Of a stretch of DNA of 64,000 nucleotides, positions 59,296 to 64,000 are shown in pieces. Each line of letters begins with the position of its first letter. The first letter of the stretch is position 1. Position numbers and translations under genes: made by a program. This DNA comes from Clostridiales bacterium (GTDB lineage Bacteria; Bacillota; Clostridia; Christensenellales; CAG-138): the NCBI GenBank assembly GCA_024691085.1, contig JAILNX010000025.1:16723-80722 (forward strand), in the 5' to 3' direction. The notes beneath the pieces were generated by a model. The model was not told where the DNA came from. It ran no database searches and saw only the letters and a program-made list of their open reading frames with translations.

Positions 59296-59985
59296 ATGAG
59301 GAAGAAAGCGCGCTGGTTTTCATTATATCGCAGGCTCGTCGGGCTGTTCACGTCGCGCCCGAGGTTCGTTTACCTCGGCGAAAAAGTGAGCGAGCCTTCG
59401 GTGATACTGTCGAATCATGAGGCCGCCGCGGGTCCTTTGACCTGGGAGCGCTATTTCGATATGCCCAAAAGATTCTGGGCGGCGCACGAAATGACGGAGG
59501 GGGTAAGATCCGTTTTCCGCTATCTTGCGTATTACTATTTCCCGGATAAGAAGCATTTTAATAAGGCGATATCGAAGTTCTTCGCGTTCTTCGCGAGCCC
59601 CTTCGTCAGCCTCTATTACAGGGGACTCAAGCCCATCGCGACTTTCCGCGACGCCTTAGGTTTCGTAAGAACGATACGCGAAAGCCGCCGGGCGCTTGAC
59701 GAGGGCGAGAGCGTCATACTCTTTCCCGAGGACTCTTCGAAGGGGTACTCCGACAGGCTTAAAAGCATACACAGCGGCTTTGCCGTGTTCTGCGAAAGGA
59801 TGCTGAGGCGCGGCCGCGATCTGAACGTGGTGCTGACGTATTTCTCAAGGAAAAAACGCACGGTGCTGATCGACCGCCCGTTCAAATACTCGGAGCTGAG
59901 GAGACGCTTCGGAGGAGCGGCCGGGATCGCGGAAGCGGCAAGAAGACGAATAAACCAACTCGCGGACATCGCCGAGAGCGCGTAA
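59296..59985 (+). CDS. Lysophospholipid acyltransferase-like protein
   Basis: LSNHE...and ILFPEDSSKG blocks resemble PlsC-family motifs. 229 aa. Confidence 0.5.
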   Translation: MRKKARWFSLYRRLVGLFTSRPRFVYLGEKVSEPSVILSNHEAAAGPLTWERYFDMPKRFWAAHEMTEGVRSVFRYLAYYYFPDKKHFNKAISKFFAFFASPFVSLYYRGLKPIATFRDALGFVRTIRESRRALDEGESVILFPEDSSKGYSDRLKSIHSGFAVFCERMLRRGRDLNVVLTYFSRKKRTVLIDRPFKYSELRRRFGGAAGIAEAARRRINQLADIAESA

Positions 59986-60023
59986 CGCCCACCCAAATAT
60001 ATTATCACATTTCAAAAAAAGGC

Positions 60024-60052
60024 TTGCAATCGTTATTACTTTGCGGTATAAT
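60024..60052 (+). promoter_or_regulatory. Promoter for tRNA-Ser
   Basis: TTGCAA, 17-nt spacer, TATAAT. Confidence 0.5.
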
Positions 60053-60089
60053 AACTTTCGCTGTTGAAGCAAAAACCGCATATTTCATT

Positions 60090-60182
60090 GGAGGAGTCGC
60101 CTAGTTTGGTCGAGGGCGCACGATTGGAAATCGTGTAACGGTCATAAGCCGTTCGAGAGTTCGAATCTCTCCTCCTCCGCCA
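60090..60182 (+). tRNA. tRNA-Ser(GGA): tRNA-Ser, anticodon GGA, CCA encoded
   Basis: Acceptor GGAGGAG/CTCCTCC. Anticodon stem CACGA/TCGTG with loop TTGGAAA. Long variable arm. T-arm GAGAG-TTCGAAT-CTCTC. Confidence 0.9.
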
Positions 60183-60185
60183 ATC

Positions 60186-60214
60186 AAAAGGCCATCCATA
60201 CGGATGGCTTTTTG
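60186..60214 (+). terminator. Terminator after tRNA-Ser
   Basis: GCCATCC-ATAC-GGATGGC followed by a T5 run. Confidence 0.6.
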
Positions 60215-60221
60215 ATTGAAA

Positions 60222-60339
60222 GAAAGGCTTGTGATACGAGCTCCGAATTTGCGAAGCAAATTCATAGTTTTCGCTCACGCAGGCAGGCACTAACTCAAGC
60301 TCATGCGAAAACGGAGTTCGAATCTCTCCTCCTCCGCCA
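60222..60339 (+). repeat. tRNA-Ser 3'-end repeat unit 1
   Basis: GAATTTGCGAAGCAAATTC hairpin, TTTTCGC...GCGAAAA stem, then 26 nt identical to the tRNA 3' end (GAGTTCGAATCTCTCCTCCTCCGCCA, 60314-60339). Confidence 0.85.
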
Positions 60340-60453
60340 TCAAAGAAACCTCTTTTGTCTACTATATGTAAAAGAGGTTCCTTTAGTTGACAATCCCGAT
60401 GGGTCCTGGCAATATTACTATTAATATAATGTCTTTATGGAGCTGAGTATTTT

Positions 60454-60801
60454 ATGGCTATTTTTGATGCGAACAACCTCGATATTGAAGCAGAAAGAAA
60501 AGACGGTGTTGTTGAACTTTACATCATCTCATCCGGAGAGTTTGACGACAGTGCTGAGCAGCAAACTCTGCTTATGGATAAGATGGAAAACTATATCGGC
60601 TATGTATTATCTGATGAGTTTTCCAGCAACCATCCCAGCTGTTCAAAAGAAAACTGTTGTATTGTACTAAGCTTAGACAAAAAACCAAGCGCATTACTTG
60701 TCGAATTATGTGGAAGAATTGATTCTTGGGTCAAGTCGTACGGTATCAGTTTTAGAGTTGAGTACAAATCCATATTGGGAAGTAAAAAATTAAAGATATA
60801 G
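60454..60801 (+). CDS. Small acidic hypothetical protein in AT-rich DNA
   Basis: 115 aa with a GGAG RBS. Followed by a perfect AAAACGGATACC/GGTATCCGTTTT terminator. Confidence 0.5.
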   Translation: MAIFDANNLDIEAERKDGVVELYIISSGEFDDSAEQQTLLMDKMENYIGYVLSDEFSSNHPSCSKENCCIVLSLDKKPSALLVELCGRIDSWVKSYGISFRVEYKSILGSKKLKI

Positions 60802-60908
60802 TGATTGTTGGTTGAATGTCTTTTACGCGGTCTTTCTGTGCTTTGGTGTCCTTTTACGCGGTCTTTCACAAAGAAAACGGATACCGATAGGTATCCGTTT
60901 TCTTTGCC

Positions 60909-61015
60909 GAAAGCCTGTGATTCGAACTCCGAATTTGCGAAGCAAATTCATAGTTTTCGCTCACGCAGGCAGGCACTAACTCAAGCTCATGCGAAAACGG
61001 AGTTCGAATCTCTCC
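60909..61015 (+). repeat. tRNA-Ser 3'-end repeat unit 2 (core truncated after 16 nt)
   Basis: Same body as unit 1. Ends GAGTTCGAATCTCTCC and then diverges. Confidence 0.85.
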
Positions 61016-61037
61016 GGCCGCGACTGCACGCTGCCTT

Positions 61038-61134
61038 CCGAATTTGCGCAGCAAATTCAAAGTTTTCGCTCACGCAGGCAGGCACTAACTCAAGCTCATG
61101 CGAAAACGGAGTTCGAATCTCTCCTCCTCCGCCA
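61038..61134 (+). repeat. tRNA-Ser 3'-end repeat unit 3 (full 26-nt core)
   Basis: Two substitutions relative to units 1 and 2 (GCGCAGC loop, CAAAG). Followed by a perfect 19-bp hairpin at 61136-61179. Confidence 0.85.
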
Positions 61135-61180
61135 TGCAAAGCACCTCTTTTGTCTACCGGACAAAAGAGGTGCTTTGCAA

Positions 61181-61351
61181 TGATATCCGTTCCTGGCGGA
61201 ACGGGTGATATACCTTCGGTATGATATCCCCTGCGGGGATGATATACGCTTCGCGTATAGAGGAACGGATATCATATCATTCAGACGCGAAGCGGCTGTA
61301 TATCATGCGCGGCGTCAGCCGCGTATATCATATCGCGAAGCGATATATCAT
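61181..61351. repeat. Opposed arrays of a G(G/T)ATATCAT 9-mer interleaved with short GC hairpins
   Basis: Four sites as ATGATAT(C/A)C at 61181, 61206, 61222 and 61240. At least five inverted sites (ATATCA) at 61269, 61274, 61300, 61325 and 61345. The last abuts the -35 of the next promoter. Confidence 0.75.
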
Positions 61352-61379
61352 TGACACGACCTGCTTATCTCCGTATAAT
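61351..61379 (+). promoter_or_regulatory. Consensus promoter for the four-helix-bundle gene
   Basis: TTGACA, 17-nt spacer, TATAAT. Confidence 0.55.
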
Positions 61380-61398
61380 TGATTTCGAGGTGATTGCT

Positions 61399-61758
61399 GT
61401 GTCCGAGAATAAACTTGTTGATCTGTCCTTTGAATTTGCTAAGGAGATCGTAAATCTTGTTGACAGTGTTAAAACGCCGAAAAGCACATATATGGTCGAC
61501 CAGCTTGCGAGAGCGGGAACATCAATCGGTGCAAACATTCATGAAGCACAGTACGCCCACAGTAAAGCTGATTTTATCGCCAAGCTTGAAATCGCGCTGA
61601 AAGAATCGAATGAGACAAGCTATTGGCTGAAGCTCCTTAAGGAAACCGGAAGAATAAGCGAGGCAGAGCAACAAAGCGCTGAGAAGCTTTGCGGGAATAT
61701 TCGCAGATTGCTGATCGCTTCCTGCCGTACTGCGAAAGGAGTACAAAATGACCTATGA
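61399..61758 (+). CDS. Four-helix-bundle protein (23S rRNA intervening-sequence protein / Avd-like family)
   Basis: ARAGTSIGANIHEAQ...SKADFIAKLEIALKESNETSYWL signature. GTG start 6 nt after a GAGGTG RBS; the tracked TTG start is the promoter -35. Confidence 0.75.
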   Translation: MSENKLVDLSFEFAKEIVNLVDSVKTPKSTYMVDQLARAGTSIGANIHEAQYAHSKADFIAKLEIALKESNETSYWLKLLKETGRISEAEQQSAEKLCGNIRRLLIASCRTAKGVQNDL

Positions 61759-62215
61759 CAAAACAACACTTACTTCTTTATTCGAAAAGTATATCAGAAA
61801 GCTTCGGATCACCCCGGCATGGGATGTCAAGCTTGAATTTGTTGAAGACCCAATGTGGCCGAAAACCGGGGATTTCAAAATAGACTGTGATGACAGAAAG
61901 GCTGCTCTGCTGTTAAATGCTGCCGCTCCAAAGCAGGAAAACCTTGAGGAGGTCATCGTACATGAATTGATGCATATCAAGATGTATCCTCTGGATCAGG
62001 TTACAGAATCACTCATTGCAAATTGTTTTGAGGAGGGTTCTGCAGCAAGCGGGTTTGCATATCAACAATTCTTCACCGCTCTGGAACAGACTGTTGAGGA
62101 ACTGACAAAATGCTTTTTGCTTGAATACGGTGAGAACAAGGACTTCTCCTTTGGAAGATGTAACCAAGGTAGATCCTTCAACGAATTATATGAAGGATTA
62201 AACAATATCGAGTAA
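61748..62215 (+). CDS. Small HExxH protein (putative metallopeptidase-like)
   Basis: VIVHELMHIKMYP motif; 155 aa. Overlaps the upstream gene by 11 nt. Confidence 0.55.
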   Translation: MTYDKTTLTSLFEKYIRKLRITPAWDVKLEFVEDPMWPKTGDFKIDCDDRKAALLLNAAAPKQENLEEVIVHELMHIKMYPLDQVTESLIANCFEEGSAASGFAYQQFFTALEQTVEELTKCFLLEYGENKDFSFGRCNQGRSFNELYEGLNNIE

Positions 62216-62363
62216 CGGCTTCTGGCTTGCATCGCTCCTCCCCGTATCGGGACTCCCCATTCGGCCCCTCTTTCCTCAGCGGCAACGGCGGTTTTCCCGT
62301 TGTATCATAAGGCCGGATATAGTATAATCATATCAGCAAACCGGAAGCTGCGGGGGAGAAACA

Positions 62364-63014
62364 ATGAATTACAAGGTCATCGACAGGGAAACGTATTACA
62401 GAAAAGGCGTTTACCGTCATTTCACGGAGGACTGCAGGTGCTCGACGTCCGTGACCGCCAGGATAGACGTTACCGAACTCGTCGGGTTTTCAAAGAAGAC
62501 GGGAACGAAGTTTTATCTTAATTTTCTGTACCTTCTTTCAAAAGTGCTCAACTCGCGCGACGATTATAAAATGGATTATCTTTATAAGACGGACGAATTG
62601 ATCTGCTATGACGTCGTCAATCCGTGCCATTACGTGTTCCATGAGGACACGGAGACCTGCACGACCGTTCACTCCGTGTACTGCGAGGATTACCCTACAT
62701 TTTATAAAAACGCGCTTTCCGATCTTAAGGAGGCGGAGAAGACCCGCGACTATGAGTTCGACGATAAAAAGTATCCGAACTGGTTCGACGCGTCCTATAT
62801 CTCATGGCTTTCCTACGATTCTTTGAACATCGAACTGCCGGACGGGTATCTGTATTTTCCTCCGATCGTGAATTGGGGCAGATACCGTGAAGAGAACGGC
62901 AGACTGATGATGCCTGTTACCGTCCGGCTGAATCACGCGATCGCCGACGGTTATCTGGCTGCGAACGTTTTCCGCCTTCTGGAGCGGGAGATCGGATCGT
63001 TTGTCGGGCGTTGA
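62364..63014 (+). CDS. CatA-like (type A chloramphenicol acetyltransferase family) O-acetyltransferase
   Basis: 216 aa. CAT-like opening IDRETYYRKGVYRHF and catalytic-His region VRLNHAIADGY (canonical HHAVCDG). Own promoter: TTGTAT, 17-nt spacer, TATAAT. Confidence 0.75.
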   Translation: MNYKVIDRETYYRKGVYRHFTEDCRCSTSVTARIDVTELVGFSKKTGTKFYLNFLYLLSKVLNSRDDYKMDYLYKTDELICYDVVNPCHYVFHEDTETCTTVHSVYCEDYPTFYKNALSDLKEAEKTRDYEFDDKKYPNWFDASYISWLSYDSLNIELPDGYLYFPPIVNWGRYREENGRLMMPVTVRLNHAIADGYLAANVFRLLEREIGSFVGR

Positions 63015-63311
63015 CGGCCTGTCGGCGCGCTGAGTCGATCCTCACACACAACCTTCGGCACAAGGACGGAACGTCTTTGTGCCTTTTTCTGCTGAAAACG
63101 GAGCCGTCTTTGGAGACGGGCGGGCGCTTCCGGGCAGGAGCAGCCCGATCCCGACAATTTTTTTTCGAAAAAAAACGATTTTATTATAGACGAACGCAAT
63201 GAAATATGATATTATATAAATTGGGTTTAACCGATATGCCCCGTTGGGGAGCGCCCGCAGTCCGGGAGCTCCGGGACGGGCAATCCATAGAAAGAAAGAA
63301 GGAGAACGCAA

Positions 63312-64000
63312 ATGAAACTCAATTTCCTTAAAAGACTGTTTGCTTTTGCCGTCTGCTCCCTGATGCTGTTCTGCACCATCGGAGTCGTCGGCGCGGACGG
63401 CCCCGTACCCGGCAATTCCCTGTGGGTATGCGGCACCGAGGTCACCGCTTCCAACGCGAGCAACGTTTTGGGCGACGGCAAGGTCAGCTACAACTTCGAC
63501 ACCAACACGCTGACGTTCACCGCGAAGCCCACCAACAGCGGCCTTCACGAGGGCGCGATCATCTATTCCGACATGGAGAATCTGACCATCGTCACTCCGA
63601 CCAACGGTCTGACTCTCTCGAACGGCAACGCGACGAAGGGCATTTGGATGACTGCCGGCTCGCTGACCGTAAACGGCAACCTGACGATCAACCTCTCCGA
63701 TGATTCCGCGGAAGCCGCTATCTGGGTCGAGGTCGACTGCACGATCAACGGCAAATTCTCCACAGAGATCTATGGCGACGATTGGATCGAAGAAAGCCGC
63801 GGTATTTACTCCAACAACGGCGACGTCACCGTCAACGGCGGCCTTGATATCATTGTTGGACGCAACGGCATCTTCACCAGGAACGGCAATATCAGCGTTT
63901 CCGGCACCTCCATTTACGTCGTGACCGACAGCCTCGCGGAGTACGAGATCGTGAACGGAAATCAGGTATTCTGCCCCGCCGGCTGGTACGTTGCAATGAA
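63312..64000 (+). CDS. Secreted repeat protein, 3' end outside window
   Basis: GAAGGAG RBS and signal peptide MKLNFLKRLFAFAVCSLMLFCTIGVVGA. Then Gly/Asn/Thr-rich beta-helix-like repeats (VTVNGGL, ISVSGTS). Frame is open to the window edge. Confidence 0.65.
   Translation, partial: MKLNFLKRLFAFAVCSLMLFCTIGVVGADGPVPGNSLWVCGTEVTASNASNVLGDGKVSYNFDTNTLTFTAKPTNSGLHEGAIIYSDMENLTIVTPTNGLTLSNGNATKGIWMTAGSLTVNGNLTINLSDDSAEAAIWVEVDCTINGKFSTEIYGDDWIEESRGIYSNNGDVTVNGGLDIIVGRNGIFTRNGNISVSGTSIYVVTDSLAEYEIVNGNQVFCPAGWYVAM

Noticed and set aside
60222-61134. The tRNA-end repeat units as tRNA pseudogenes or tRNA-like RNAs.
   Set aside because: None of the units has a 5' GGAGGAG to pair with the CTCCTCC acceptor strand. 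Identity to the tRNA begins only within the T-arm, so they cannot fold as tRNAs.
61399-61758. Possible diversity-generating retroelement, because the four-helix-bundle protein is Avd-like and repeats are nearby.
   Set aside because: There is no reverse transcriptase in the window. The repeat copies differ by only two substitutions (A to C, T to A) rather than adenine-specific TR/VR mutagenesis, and the repeats are not inside a target gene 3' end.
63157-63175. T8-CG-A8 perfect palindrome between the CAT-like gene and the secreted protein gene.
   Set aside because: It is a low-complexity homopolymer palindrome in a promoter-proximal AT tract. With no second copy and no associated gene it is not interpretable.
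1-64000. CRISPR arrays, rRNA genes, and transposase, integrase or reverse-transcriptase genes.
   Set aside because: None was recognised on either strand. The only regularly repeated sequences are those described at 60222-61351, the glmM duplication, and the two-copy structured element.

Overview
GC-rich Firmicutes/Clostridia-type chromosomal segment, judged from AGGAGG-type RBSs, a T-box leader, a glmS ribozyme, addB, a sortase and a [FeFe]-hydrogenase. Most of the window is housekeeping. It holds oppF (truncated at the left edge), pepO, dnaA, lgt, larBCE, a cobT-cobU-cobS-cobC lower-ligand module, addB, T-box-pheST, and prfB with a +1 frameshift. It also holds argS, a sortase, yebC, murI, a citrate lyase operon (citDEF-citC-citXG), nagB-LbH transferase-glmM, trxB, clpB and an ECF sigma/anti-sigma pair. 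A ten-gene hydrogenase locus pairs HydABC-type genes with an embedded HydS-like sensory module. Five things stand out. (1) A glmS-type GlcN6P ribozyme sits in front of nagB-glmM rather than glmS. (2) A near-identical, internally deleted copy of the glmM 3' end brackets a 1.45-kb insert with an AT-rich end. (3) A tRNA-Ser(GGA) is followed by three roughly 100-nt repeats that each end in the tRNA 3' end. These are dotted with GCGAAGC mini-hairpins and followed by opposed arrays of a G(G/T)ATATCAT 9-mer and an AT-richer cargo patch (four-helix-bundle protein, HExxH protein, CAT-like acetyltransferase). (4) A 160-180-nt multi-hairpin element occurs twice in inverted orientation, with stems kept and loops or inserts changed. 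(5) An orphan phage-structural gene block lies next to a macro-HTH fusion protein. No CRISPR array, rRNA, integrase, transposase or reverse transcriptase was recognised. All functional calls rest on motifs read from the supplied translations, not on database searches.
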